Source: a virus
Taxonomy: Duplodnaviria > Caudoviricetes
Virus record (IMG/VR): IMGVR_UViG_3300020198_000019
Span: 1 to 57,551 of that record
DNA length: 57,551 nucleotides
Reading direction: 5' to 3' (one strand)
Shown here: in pieces, positions 1-9,592 of the stretch
Numbering within the stretch: the stretch's first letter is position 1
How the letters are laid out: each line of letters starts with the position of its first letter
Program-made: the position numbers and the translations under genes
The notes under the pieces: generated by a model
Seen by the model: the letters and a program-made list of their open reading frames with translations, nothing else
Database searches by the model: none
Told to the model about the DNA's origin: nothing

Positions 1-19
1 TTATTGGGGGGGGGCGGTC

Positions 20-1528
20 ATGGCAGCGTACATTTATGCACGGGTGTCGACAGTGGAGCAGGTTGTTGGGGGGTGCAGCATCGAAGGACAGGTGAGATCC
101 TGTCGACTGTACTGCGAGGCCAACGGGCTTGTGTTGGGTGCGGCTACCAATTGCGACAAAGCCGGCGTGATTCTGGACGGCGGTCGCAGCGCGTTTTCGA
201 AACCGTTTGCCACACGCCCCGGCGCAATGCTCCTCGCGGGAGCCTTGCAGCAGGGAGATACCGTTGTCGTGACCAGTTTGACGCGGCTGTTCCGCCGAGT
301 CGCCGAAGCCGCCACGATAATGGAGCGGTGGGTTCAGATTGGCGTAAGCGTGACGTTTGTCGACTACCCGTCGCTTAGTTTCGATTCGGCGAACGGGCGG
401 TGTTTGGTGTACTGCATGGCCGCCGTGGCTCAGCTCAAGAGCGAGTTGATCGCAGCGAGGGTCCGCGAAGGACGCGCGCGCAAGAAAGGTCTTCCAGCAG
501 AACCGAACAGACCGGCTAAGCCGGCCAAGGTTTTGCTTCCGGCAGCGCAGCAGCCTATTGCCGAAGTGATTCGGCGTATGGCTGAAAAGCGGCCCTCTTC
601 CCGATCCGGGCGGGTGTGCGTTTACGCCAGAGTTTCGACCGACGAGCAGTCTGTAGACACACAACTTGCCATTTTGAGGCAGGCGTACCCGGGCGCTGTT
701 GAGTATGTTGACCACGGGGTCAGTGCGTGGAAGACCTCTTTGCCGGACAGGCCCGAGGGTGGGCGAATGCTGAGAGAGCTGCAACCCGGAGACACGATTG
801 TTGTTCTGCGACCAGACCGGGTATTCCGGTCCCTGAAGGACGCTGCGACCCAGATCGACGCGATTCAAAAAGTTGGGGCGTTTTTGCACATTCACGAGGG
901 TGGAATAAAATCCGACGAGCTGTTTGGTCGGCTGCTGCTGGGTATGTTGTCGGCGTTTGCTCAGCTTGAAAGCGAGGAGACCAGCAGGGCGACAAAGCAC
1001 GCGATGGCGATCGCCTGCGGAACAAACGACGCCGCGTTGCAGGCCCGTCTTCCGAAACCGCTGCTTCGAGACGTGCCGCCGAAAACAAAACACTACGTTT
1101 TTGACGATGTGTTTGATTCAGGAGAGCGACAGCAAATGTGGCTGACAGTTCACCTGACCAAAGCAAACTATTGCAGTTTGGGTGTTTGTATTTTGGATGC
1201 CACAAACAGGAGTTTGTACGAGAAAGGGCTCCCGCCACTGACATCGCAATCGATGGACATGCGGGACTACCGGCAGGCTTTGCGGGAGGTCGGTACAAAA
1301 AAAGCAAAGGCGTTGATACCCAAGATCGAAAACTACGCCCGCGTAGCCTCACCTGTCGGGTCTTCGCAAAACTTCCCGAAGGCGGAAAAACGGTACGAGC
1401 ATTTCATGCGGGTGTTTGGTGAACTCCCTCGAGAGCAACGGGACCTGCGGCTACTCACAATGATGCAGAGCCCGAAAGCTGTCGCCGCGTTCGCGGATGC
1501 AACCAAGCGAGCAGTCGAGACAGTTTGA
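20..1528 (+). CDS. Serine recombinase with two tandem resolvase-type catalytic domains
   Basis: Domain 1: YIYARVSTVEQ...LTRLFR...AAVAQLKSELIAARVREG. Domain 2: VYARVSTDEQS...PDRVFRS...SAFAQLESEETSRAT. Confidence 0.88.
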   Translation: MAAYIYARVSTVEQVVGGCSIEGQVRSCRLYCEANGLVLGAATNCDKAGVILDGGRSAFSKPFATRPGAMLLAGALQQGDTVVVTSLTRLFRRVAEAATIMERWVQIGVSVTFVDYPSLSFDSANGRCLVYCMAAVAQLKSELIAARVREGRARKKGLPAEPNRPAKPAKVLLPAAQQPIAEVIRRMAEKRPSSRSGRVCVYARVSTDEQSVDTQLAILRQAYPGAVEYVDHGVSAWKTSLPDRPEGGRMLRELQPGDTIVVLRPDRVFRSLKDAATQIDAIQKVGAFLHIHEGGIKSDELFGRLLLGMLSAFAQLESEETSRATKHAMAIACGTNDAALQARLPKPLLRDVPPKTKHYVFDDVFDSGERQQMWLTVHLTKANYCSLGVCILDATNRSLYEKGLPPLTSQSMDMRDYRQALREVGTKKAKALIPKIENYARVASPVGSSQNFPKAEKRYEHFMRVFGELPREQRDLRLLTMMQSPKAVAAFADATKRAVETV

Positions 1529-1688
1529 CGTACTTCCGTCCGCCGATCTCAACTCGCGATAAGCGATCGCCGTTTCTCCCGCGAGTGCTCCACTTTCGGA
1601 CAGTGCTGACGTCCAAAGTCAAGCCGTAACGGGTCTGGACAAACGCCACGATTTCTTTGGCGCTGAGGAGTTGCTCCGGAGTTTGCAT
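1455..1688 (-). CDS. Excisionase-like winged HTH protein (DUF1580-like)
   Basis: LLSAKEI...STVRKWSTRGRNGDRLSRVEIGGRKY pattern; convergent with and overlapping the recombinase; ATG at 1688. Confidence 0.65.
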   Translation of the reverse strand: MQTPEQLLSAKEIVAFVQTRYGLTLDVSTVRKWSTRGRNGDRLSRVEIGGRKYVKLSRLLAWLHPRTRRQLSGSASL

Positions 1689-1722
1689 CGAGGGGGGCCT
1701 TATAGAGGACAAACGGGAATGT

Positions 1723-1731
1723 TGGTAGAAT
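1723..1731 (+). promoter_or_regulatory. Possible extended -10 promoter (TGgTAGAAT) for the head operon
   Basis: Intergenic, about 80 bp upstream of the 1814 start; no good -35. Confidence 0.3.
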
Positions 1732-1813
1732 AGCGATTTGCCGGTATTGCTGTCCAGCCGAGGGTAATGGAGGATTATGAAAATCCTCCCCCCTATTCTG
1801 GAGCAGTAAAACC

Positions 1814-2860
1814 ATGTCTACATCATCAGCCTTCCCAACCTTTACCGACCTCGCGGCTGCTCAGAGCGCTCCGGGGGGAGCAACGCCATCGGCACAGCCG
1901 GCTGCTTCGGTTGTGCCGGTGGCTGCCCCGGCGGTGACCGCAACACCCGTCGCTGCCGTAGCCCCTCCGCAGATACCCCCGCCAGCAGCGGTGTCGACAA
2001 ACGCAATGATTCGACGCCTCGAAGCAAGCGGTACTCTTAACCCCGGTCACGGTTTTACTGACGACATGCAGGTCTTGGAGTACTTGGCAGTTCAGCAGCA
2101 GCCTGCGCAAGAACCGACTTCTCCTGCCGCACAGCCGCCGCAGCCGGCCACTGGCGGTATGCCAGCCCCGTCCCACAGTGAACTTGCTGCGGCGGCGGCG
2201 GCTTTGCAACAGTCCGGGATGCTGACCTTTGAAGCCGGAACAGGGGTGTGGAAAGCTGTCAGCCCGTTGGCCGCCACCGTCGCCAACGCTATGAACGAAA
2301 ACGTTGCCCGTCAGCGGGCAGTGATGACCGAGCTTTCGGACCCGCAGGCATTTATCCGTAACTACGGCGCGGATGCTTTTTCTGAGTTTATCGCTCCGTT
2401 GCAAACGCAGATTCAACAGCTTACGGATGCTCTGCAGCAACAGCGTCAGATGCTTGCGGCTAATGCTCCGGACCCCGGAAAAGAATTTGTTGCCGCAAAC
2501 TCTGCGGCCTTAAAAAACCCTGACGGCAGCCTTACTGCGGCAGGCCAGGCCTATTCGCAAGCGTGGGACGCGGCAGCACGAGCCGGCGTACGCAATCGAG
2601 AGGCAGCCCACGATCTGGCGTTTATGGCCGCTCGCCCGTTGATGCCTACGCCAGCAGCCCAAACCGTCCCGGCGGCACCGTCAAAACAGACGTTGCCGTG
2701 GTCCTCCACAATACCGACAACCGCAGTCAACCCTACGTTCTCAGCTCCCGGCCCCCTTACGACGTCCGGTCCGGCTCCACTCGGCGTACCGGTCAACAAC
2801 GCTGGATTTCCCGATTTTACCGCAATGGCGGCACAACGTGCTGCCGGCACCACTTCGTGA
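1814..2860 (+). CDS. Putative capsid scaffolding protein (Ala/Pro/Gln-rich)
   Basis: Directly upstream of the capsid gene; low complexity with a coiled segment; GGAG RBS. Confidence 0.5.
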   Translation: MSTSSAFPTFTDLAAAQSAPGGATPSAQPAASVVPVAAPAVTATPVAAVAPPQIPPPAAVSTNAMIRRLEASGTLNPGHGFTDDMQVLEYLAVQQQPAQEPTSPAAQPPQPATGGMPAPSHSELAAAAAALQQSGMLTFEAGTGVWKAVSPLAATVANAMNENVARQRAVMTELSDPQAFIRNYGADAFSEFIAPLQTQIQQLTDALQQQRQMLAANAPDPGKEFVAANSAALKNPDGSLTAAGQAYSQAWDAAARAGVRNREAAHDLAFMAARPLMPTPAAQTVPAAPSKQTLPWSSTIPTTAVNPTFSAPGPLTTSGPAPLGVPVNNAGFPDFTAMAAQRAAGTTS

Positions 2861-2874
2861 CGAGGATTTAGACC

Positions 2875-4020
2875 ATGGTAGCTCTTGTTCCGCAAAACGT
2901 CGCAGGACACGTCAATCTTGTCAGAGACCTCGCGCCGAGTTACTGGAAAGGTGTTTCGGACCTGACAGTTCGAAACTTTCTGACCATGTACAACTTGCGG
3001 CGGTTTGGGCGGTTGACGTTTAACGCCCGGGGCCATACTCAGGTATGGAATGCGAGGATCAAACAGCCGAGCGTTTCTCCGGCAGTTGAGGGGCAACCGC
3101 TGCAGTTCGTGAATTTTGATACCGATATTCAGTATTTCATCGGGATCAAGGGCTATCGCGGTTCGGACTTCATGGGTGAACTCGAATACCTGCAGCGTGA
3201 CGGTGCGGGCGACATCGCCATTACTGATCGGTATCAGAGAAAAAGCCAAGAGCTGGCGCAGGCTATGACAGAGCGCATCCAAAAGGCGTTCTGGTGCAAC
3301 GGCAACGACGCAGCATTCGCCAACGACCTTGCTGGGATCAATACCGCCCTGGCCTATGACGACGCGACTCTCACCTCAGCAGACAAGGTCGCAAAGCCAA
3401 CGGGTACGTACTGCGGGCAGACGACCACCCTCGGCGGGCTCGGCGGAACTTGGTCCGCCACGGCGGGAGAAACCAAACCGAATGCCTCTCTTGCCAACGA
3501 CTGGCCATTCGGGCAGGGCTCTCCGGAGTACGACGGGACGTCCCCCTTGATCGTGAACTACGGGCCAAATATCTGGGGCAACGGCGGCACAGGTTTCAGC
3601 AAGAATATCATCTCTGCTGCCTCCTTCGCTATGACGGCTATGCTGCACCGCGGCGGGCAGTCAATGGTCGGTGCGCCTCCGCAGGTCGCGATTGCGTCCA
3701 ACCTGTTCCCGTCCTTCAAGGACAGTTTCCGAGCCAACAACCGCCAGATCATGCCGTGGAAGGACGGAGACTTGGGGTATCCCGGCGAAACGCTGATGGT
3801 CGACGGCGCCGTGTATTCCATGGATTACGCGATCCCGCAGTCTCAGGCTTACATGTACCTGCCCCAGTTCCTTGAAGCGTTCTTCCTGCACAACGACATC
3901 TACGGCCCAATTGGGCCAGAATGGTCAACCAGCCACACTGGATACTTGTACTACATCAGCACCTACGGAAACTTCAAGTTCCTGCCGAAGTACCTGTGTC
4001 GGTTCGTTAGCAAGACCTGA
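2875..4020 (+). CDS. Major capsid protein (HK97-fold, inferred)
   Basis: 381 aa; spine-helix-like YQRKSQELAQAMTERIQKAFWCNG...LAGI; position after scaffold; GAGG RBS. Confidence 0.75.
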   Translation: MVALVPQNVAGHVNLVRDLAPSYWKGVSDLTVRNFLTMYNLRRFGRLTFNARGHTQVWNARIKQPSVSPAVEGQPLQFVNFDTDIQYFIGIKGYRGSDFMGELEYLQRDGAGDIAITDRYQRKSQELAQAMTERIQKAFWCNGNDAAFANDLAGINTALAYDDATLTSADKVAKPTGTYCGQTTTLGGLGGTWSATAGETKPNASLANDWPFGQGSPEYDGTSPLIVNYGPNIWGNGGTGFSKNIISAASFAMTAMLHRGGQSMVGAPPQVAIASNLFPSFKDSFRANNRQIMPWKDGDLGYPGETLMVDGAVYSMDYAIPQSQAYMYLPQFLEAFFLHNDIYGPIGPEWSTSHTGYLYYISTYGNFKFLPKYLCRFVSKT

Positions 4021-4079
4021 TTTGTTTCCGGTTTTTACCCTCCGATATTCGTCTGATCACATTTTTGAGGATGTAGTGT

Positions 4080-4610
4080 ATGGCCGGAAATACTATTTCG
4101 ATGCGGTTGGGTGGGGTCAATGTTGTTGACGACCCGGCATTCCTCGGGCAAGGTGCCAAATTTCAGGATATTGACTACACGAATCCGGAAAACCCGGTGC
4201 TCCTGTCGCAGCAGGAGGTGTGTGCGGTCCTCGTGAAGAACGACTCGGGGGCCACGTTGGCCGCGGGTGCCGGGCTTCGCATGAAGGCTGCGGATACCAC
4301 CATGACATTGGTTGGCGGACTGTGCGGGGCCAATCAAGCCCTGCACGGAGTTGTTGACCCGTGGATCTCTGCGCCCGTACCCGTTGGCGGGTTTTTCTGG
4401 ATGATCGTGGAAGGCCCCACCTTGGTTCTTGCCGGGGTCGGCGGGTTGACTCCAGGTGCTTTGTTGCAGACGGCGGTGAACGGGACGTTTATCGCAGGTA
4501 CGGAAGGCACCAACCCTGTCGGCCACAGCGGATATTCGTCGGCAACGACTGCGGCAACGGCCCGTGGACGTGCGTACGTCCGAACGCCGCTCAGCCCGCT
4601 CGATTGTTGA
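4080..4610 (+). CDS. Putative capsid decoration/cement protein
   Basis: Gly-rich 176 aa directly after the capsid gene; VVDP...FWMIVEGP pattern. Confidence 0.55.
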   Translation: MAGNTISMRLGGVNVVDDPAFLGQGAKFQDIDYTNPENPVLLSQQEVCAVLVKNDSGATLAAGAGLRMKAADTTMTLVGGLCGANQALHGVVDPWISAPVPVGGFFWMIVEGPTLVLAGVGGLTPGALLQTAVNGTFIAGTEGTNPVGHSGYSSATTAATARGRAYVRTPLSPLDC

Positions 4611-4655
4611 TTGCGGGCCGCAGGTTTTTCCTTTCTTGTTTTTGGAGATCAAATC

Positions 4656-4766
4656 GTGGGAGACACACCGGTACCGCCGACAGGGATTCACGGCGGCAAC
4701 AAGCTGGCAAACGTGAAGCCTGGTAATCCGATCCAAAACCCAATCACACCGATCAGCACAAAGTGA
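4656..4766 (+). CDS. Small 36-aa hypothetical protein (not in ORF track)
   Basis: GGAG RBS at 4644, GTG start, TGA overlapping the next GTG (GTGA coupling). Confidence 0.45.
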   Translation: MGDTPVPPTGIHGGNKLANVKPGNPIQNPITPISTK

Positions 4767-5428
4767 CCCGCGAGGGTGACGTTGCTGTTCGGTTGGCGGG
4801 CGCAAGCCCGCCATCTTTTTTGGCCGACGCAGAGTTTCCCGGGAAACGGGTATGCTGTGTTTGCGGACTGCCTTTCACCCCGCACGCTGGCGAGAGGGTA
4901 TGTATGGCATGTAGCGACGAAGTCGTCCGGACGGCTCAGCAGGTTTTGACGGGCGAAGGCTCGTGGCGACGGGCGCTCCGTGATGTCCGTCAAAAAGGCC
5001 GACCGTTCGTACTGGACGTTGCTGAGACGGTGATGGAAAAACTTGGTGGTCCGGAGAAACTGGCCGAGCGGTTGGCTACCGACTTTATGCGGGCTCGCGG
5101 AGAGGGCCTTAGCCCGGAGCAAGCGGTATTCCACCAGCCTGACGTAAAGGTCCTGAAGGGGTTGTACGAACTTCTCAAGGGCTTGATGGACTCTCGAGAT
5201 GAGCTGGTTGATGACTCGGATCCGTTTGACGGGATGTCCGAGGAGCAGTTGATGCAGGTCGCGTCAAATGCGGCTATGCTGCGTATTGAAAACGACGCCG
5301 GTTTTCGAGACGATGTTTTAGCTACAATCGCACGAGTAGATGCGACTGCTATCACCCGAGCCGCGATTAAGGTGTTGTCCGCCCCAACCGTCGAGGTGAT
5401 ATATGCCCCTCCGCGACCTTTTGTCTAA
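4763..5428 (+). CDS. Hypothetical protein with N-terminal CxxC..CxxC zinc finger; candidate terminase small subunit
   Basis: CCVCG...CMAC motif, helical C-terminus, near TerL. Confidence 0.45.
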   Translation: MTREGDVAVRLAGASPPSFLADAEFPGKRVCCVCGLPFTPHAGERVCMACSDEVVRTAQQVLTGEGSWRRALRDVRQKGRPFVLDVAETVMEKLGGPEKLAERLATDFMRARGEGLSPEQAVFHQPDVKVLKGLYELLKGLMDSRDELVDDSDPFDGMSEEQLMQVASNAAMLRIENDAGFRDDVLATIARVDATAITRAAIKVLSAPTVEVIYAPPRPFV

Positions 5429-7505
5429 AGCCCGACCGTACGCGCCGTACGGGGTGTACGGATTGACCGCAGGCACTGTAGCCGGCGCTCCCGGAAGCGA
5501 GTACTACGGGCCGATCTTGGGGGCTGTTGGGAACCTGTTTGACCTGCCGGGCAGCTCAGTACGCGATCTGTTGGCCGGAGAAAACCCTTTTGATCAATGG
5601 GCTTCGCCGTTGTCCGGAGACAACCGGGCTACGGGTCGCGACGTACTTGAACGGTTCGGGATGCGGGCTAACCGAGAGACAGGGATGGCGGGGTGGCTGG
5701 ATGACCCGATGGAAGGCCTGAGAGACTTGGCCGGATTCGGGGTCGAGCTGGCGACCGACCCGTTAAATTTCGCGTCGATGTTCAAGCTCGGAAAGCTGTT
5801 TCGAACAGGTAAGTCCGCCGCGGCGCATAACGCAGCGCTGGACGCCCTGCAGCGAAACCCGGAACGCCAGCGCCTTGGTCAGCAAATGTCTGAGGCGTTC
5901 GGTGAGTCTGGCGACCACACAATGGCCTTGATCGACGCGGCTACGATTCGCCAGGGTCGTGATCCCGGTTTGGTGTACGGCAGTCTTACGGTAAAAAACC
6001 TGGAGCGAGCGGCAACGGGCGTTGCTGCAGCTACGGCGGCGGCTGAGATGATGATGCCAGACTCTCCGGGACCAAACCCGTTGACGCTGAACCAGCCGTC
6101 ACTACCGGACCTATCGCGACCGCTATTCCCGAGACTAATGGAAGACGAGGCTATCGACCTTTTTTCGGGAAATATAACCCATGACCAGTACAACGCGTTG
6201 ATAGACACTCCGGGATATGACAGTTCAATCCCCAGAACCCCCCGGTTAAAAACCCCAAAGTACGTAGATTTTATTGAAAACCTCTGGTCAAAGCGCAGGT
6301 ATGACAGAGAAGAGCTTCCGAACGAAAACTATCGGAGCGCGCATAAGGAGGTTGAAAAAGAAGTCGAGGCTATGGGCTTGGTGCCAGGTAGTGCACAGGC
6401 AGCTCACGCCTATCATGAAAAAATGCAGCCGAAAATAGAAGCTTTGGGTCGTTTGGGTAAAAACCCAACTGACGACGTAACTTCTTTTGTTGGTACCAAT
6501 GTCGGTTCCAGAATTGACATTAAAGAGTTTGCAAGGGGTAACCCGATAGGAACGTTGCATTTTAAGGATGGCCCTGTGCAGTATGTTAGGGCTGTACAGT
6601 TGCTGCCACAACGCGGCAAAGCGCTTGTAGAGTTCGGGCTTGCAAGCAATAATAAGACGCAAATCGCAAACCCTTTAGTCGAACACAAGATTGCGGAAAA
6701 GAATGTCTCTCTGGTAGCTTCTGGAGAAGGGAGCAAAAATTCGTGGGCTGTGATGTCCGGGCAGGTTGGGCCGACCGCCACCCGTGAGCAGGTGCGTGAA
6801 GCGGTCATGCAGGCAATGCAGGATCCTCAGTGGCAGCAGGTTGGGTTCAACCCCGAACGGCACAGCTACTTCTATTTGCAAGGCGACCACCGCACACGTG
6901 TTACCGGTGCCGACGAAGTGCTTCAATACGGCGATTTGGTCTTAGCCAAAAACCCACGTACGGAGATGATGGGTTCGGAAGGTATTCGCCAGAGGCTGCA
7001 AGCGGTGGGGCTGATCCCGGACGACGTCTCCCCGCGGGCTTTGTATCAGCAAGCCGCCGTTGACGGCGACCCCCGCGCTCAGATTCAATTCACTCCGGAG
7101 GGGGCGGTCATCACGCCGTTTGCTCCCGACGCGTCGACAGCTCCGCACGAGGTCGGGCATTACCTCGACAGGCTGTTACGCCCGCGCAGCCAGCGAACCC
7201 GTAATGCTGAAGAGGCTTTTGCCGGAGGCCTCGAAAACTATTTGGCCACTACCCAGACAAGTAGCCCGGGGATGGCCAATGCGATGGGGTATTTCAATCG
7301 CGAGATACCGCGCGTCTACGACCCGCAGTATGGGTTCCGGAATTTACCCGCTCGAGGTGGCGAGGACTACGGCGACTTGTTCGGGATCACCGACACGACG
7401 TCGCCGCTTGACAGGCAGCAAGTGCCTGACTTGGCTACGCCGGCGGGGCAGATGTTGTTGAGGAACATACTTGCCCGGTTCAACCCGTACGGGGGCGTGC
7501 AGTGA
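5403..7505 (+). CDS. Mosaic polyvalent-like protein: N-terminus shared with the 1842-aa protein, C-terminal HExxH zincin-like motif
   Basis: DLPGSSVRDLLAGENP...MRANRETG...EGLRDLAGF shared with the 24955 ORF; STAPHEVGHYL...EEAFA. Confidence 0.65.
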   Translation: MPLRDLLSKARPYAPYGVYGLTAGTVAGAPGSEYYGPILGAVGNLFDLPGSSVRDLLAGENPFDQWASPLSGDNRATGRDVLERFGMRANRETGMAGWLDDPMEGLRDLAGFGVELATDPLNFASMFKLGKLFRTGKSAAAHNAALDALQRNPERQRLGQQMSEAFGESGDHTMALIDAATIRQGRDPGLVYGSLTVKNLERAATGVAAATAAAEMMMPDSPGPNPLTLNQPSLPDLSRPLFPRLMEDEAIDLFSGNITHDQYNALIDTPGYDSSIPRTPRLKTPKYVDFIENLWSKRRYDREELPNENYRSAHKEVEKEVEAMGLVPGSAQAAHAYHEKMQPKIEALGRLGKNPTDDVTSFVGTNVGSRIDIKEFARGNPIGTLHFKDGPVQYVRAVQLLPQRGKALVEFGLASNNKTQIANPLVEHKIAEKNVSLVASGEGSKNSWAVMSGQVGPTATREQVREAVMQAMQDPQWQQVGFNPERHSYFYLQGDHRTRVTGADEVLQYGDLVLAKNPRTEMMGSEGIRQRLQAVGLIPDDVSPRALYQQAAVDGDPRAQIQFTPEGAVITPFAPDASTAPHEVGHYLDRLLRPRSQRTRNAEEAFAGGLENYLATTQTSSPGMANAMGYFNREIPRVYDPQYGFRNLPARGGEDYGDLFGITDTTSPLDRQQVPDLATPAGQMLLRNILARFNPYGGVQ

Positions 7506-9235
7506 GCCTTTCTGATGCCCTGAAAGCGGCAGCCCGCCTTGTACGCCTGAACAACGACGCGTTGGAGTTGTTTCGACCGACAAAATACCAAGAGCCTGTT
7601 GCGATGACCAAGGCGTCGGAATGCTTGGTGCAGGGAGGCACCAGATCAGGCAAGTCCACGATTGTTGCTGCTATGGTGGCGGCATACGCCAGAAACAAGC
7701 CGATCATATTTGCTGACGGAACGAAACACGATATCCGGGAAAAGGCTTGGGCGAGCCGGTCAACAACTGTCTGGCTGATCGGCCTGCAACTCAACCACAT
7801 CGGGCAGACTCTTTACCGTTTGCTTCGCAAACCGGGAGCGTTTGACTGCGTACGGGATCCGCTTACGGGTAATCTACGTGCGTGGCAGCCGGGGGTTGTT
7901 CCCGGGGACGACCAGATTGGGCCGGAGGGTCGGGAGCCTGCGCCAGCGTTTATTCCCGACGAGGACGTGGTGCAAGAGACTTGGGAGTCCAAAAGCGAAC
8001 ATAAACTGACTAGCATGACGCTGCGGAACGGCACGGTCATATATGCTTACGCAAGCACGGCAGAGGTGAAACGCGGCGACCCCGTGAATTTGATTTGGAT
8101 TGACGAAGAGATTCGATTCTCTGATCACTACGCAGAATGGCAAAGCCGATTGAGTGACCGCAAGGGCCGACTGTTTTGGACAAGCTGGCCTGACCTGCAG
8201 ACAGAGGCTCTGCTGAGACTACATGACCGAGCGAATACGCAGGCCTCCGAAATCGCTAGAGGCAAGCGTAAGACTGCGGACGTTGCCCGGTTTGTATTTG
8301 TCGGTAGCAACTCCCCGTTTATCGATTCGGAGGAGCTGCGCAAGCGTGCTGAGGGGTGGAGTGAGGCCGAGAGGCTGGCTCGAGACTTCGGGGAGTTTCC
8401 TGTTGGTACGATTTTGGCGTATCCTGAGTTTTCCGAGGAGCGTCATGTGGTTGACTACGGAGAAGGTAACCCTTTGAATGACCGCATCACGGCGGTCATG
8501 GATGAGCTGAACGGGGGTGTTCCGGATAACTGGCCTGTGGACTTGATCCTCGACCCGGGAACTACCAGCCCAGCAGTTTTGTGGTGTGCCATACCGACGC
8601 CGGATTACTGGGACGGAGGTGTTCCGTACTACGTAGTGTATCGCGAAATGAACGTAGCTCGCATAGATGCGCAAGATATGGCTGTTCGAATTCGAGCCAT
8701 CGAACCTGATCGGACGTACTCGAGGTTCATAATCGACAAAAAAGCCGGCGCTCAAACGCCGATGGGGTTCGCGTGGAAAGTGGCCGAGCAGTACTCCCAA
8801 AAATTCAAAGCTGTTGGTGTCAGAAACCTGACAACCGGGTTTGAGTTCCTTCCGGGCGAGCACGTTTGGGCTGTTCGGACCTTGAAACTGCGTGCGTGGA
8901 TGCGTGGCCGGCAAGACTGCCCCCGTCCACAACTGCGGATTTACGCAAGGAATTGCCCTATCCTGATACAACAGATGAAGTCTGTTCGGAAGACGATCCG
9001 CAGGTCCGAAGTGCAGGATAAAATTGCTGACGGGCAGGTCCACGACGTACTGGACACGCTGGAGTACTGGGCCGGCAGCGACCCCACATTTCGCGTGGTA
9101 ACGACTAAGGGCACAAGCCCGGGCTTGCGAATGTTCGAGCAAGACGTTAAATTTTGGGCTGACCTCCGAGCCTCTTCCCCCGGACAAGGCCCGGGCAAAC
9201 CGATGATTATTTTAGGTGCGCCAGGTGCAATATGA
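7502..9235 (+). CDS. terL: Terminase large subunit
   Basis: Walker A GGTRSGKS, Walker B LIWIDEE, nuclease motifs ILDPG and HDVLDTLEY. Confidence 0.9.
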   Translation: MSLSDALKAAARLVRLNNDALELFRPTKYQEPVAMTKASECLVQGGTRSGKSTIVAAMVAAYARNKPIIFADGTKHDIREKAWASRSTTVWLIGLQLNHIGQTLYRLLRKPGAFDCVRDPLTGNLRAWQPGVVPGDDQIGPEGREPAPAFIPDEDVVQETWESKSEHKLTSMTLRNGTVIYAYASTAEVKRGDPVNLIWIDEEIRFSDHYAEWQSRLSDRKGRLFWTSWPDLQTEALLRLHDRANTQASEIARGKRKTADVARFVFVGSNSPFIDSEELRKRAEGWSEAERLARDFGEFPVGTILAYPEFSEERHVVDYGEGNPLNDRITAVMDELNGGVPDNWPVDLILDPGTTSPAVLWCAIPTPDYWDGGVPYYVVYREMNVARIDAQDMAVRIRAIEPDRTYSRFIIDKKAGAQTPMGFAWKVAEQYSQKFKAVGVRNLTTGFEFLPGEHVWAVRTLKLRAWMRGRQDCPRPQLRIYARNCPILIQQMKSVRKTIRRSEVQDKIADGQVHDVLDTLEYWAGSDPTFRVVTTKGTSPGLRMFEQDVKFWADLRASSPGQGPGKPMIILGAPGAI

Positions 9236-9588
9236 CAAACAGAAAACAAGACTCGATCGTTTCCGCCACACAACCTGCGTTTAAGCCGGCACTTGTGCGG
9301 CAGTACACGGTGCCGGGGTTTGGGGGGCCGCAGGCAGTTACGGTAGCCCTCGGAGATGCCGTGTGGTTTTTCCACCGCGGAGATATGTCGGCCACACCGG
9401 CTCCAGCCTTTGTGGTGGAGTTATGTGACCAAGGTCAAGCGCATTTGGCGGTGTACGACTTGTCGTCTAACGGCTGGCAGCCACGCCGCGGCGCGTGCAT
9501 CACCGGCGACAGCCGTCTGGAAAACGAGCACGTGAAGGCCCGTGGTGTCTGGGTTCCGCGAGTGTTGACCCCGGTTACGGCAGAGTAG
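9232..9588 (+). CDS. Hypothetical phage protein
   Basis: ATGA-coupled to TerL; fills the gap to the portal gene. Confidence 0.65.
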   Translation: MTNRKQDSIVSATQPAFKPALVRQYTVPGFGGPQAVTVALGDAVWFFHRGDMSATPAPAFVVELCDQGQAHLAVYDLSSNGWQPRRGACITGDSRLENEHVKARGVWVPRVLTPVTAE

Positions 9589-9592
9589 CGGT

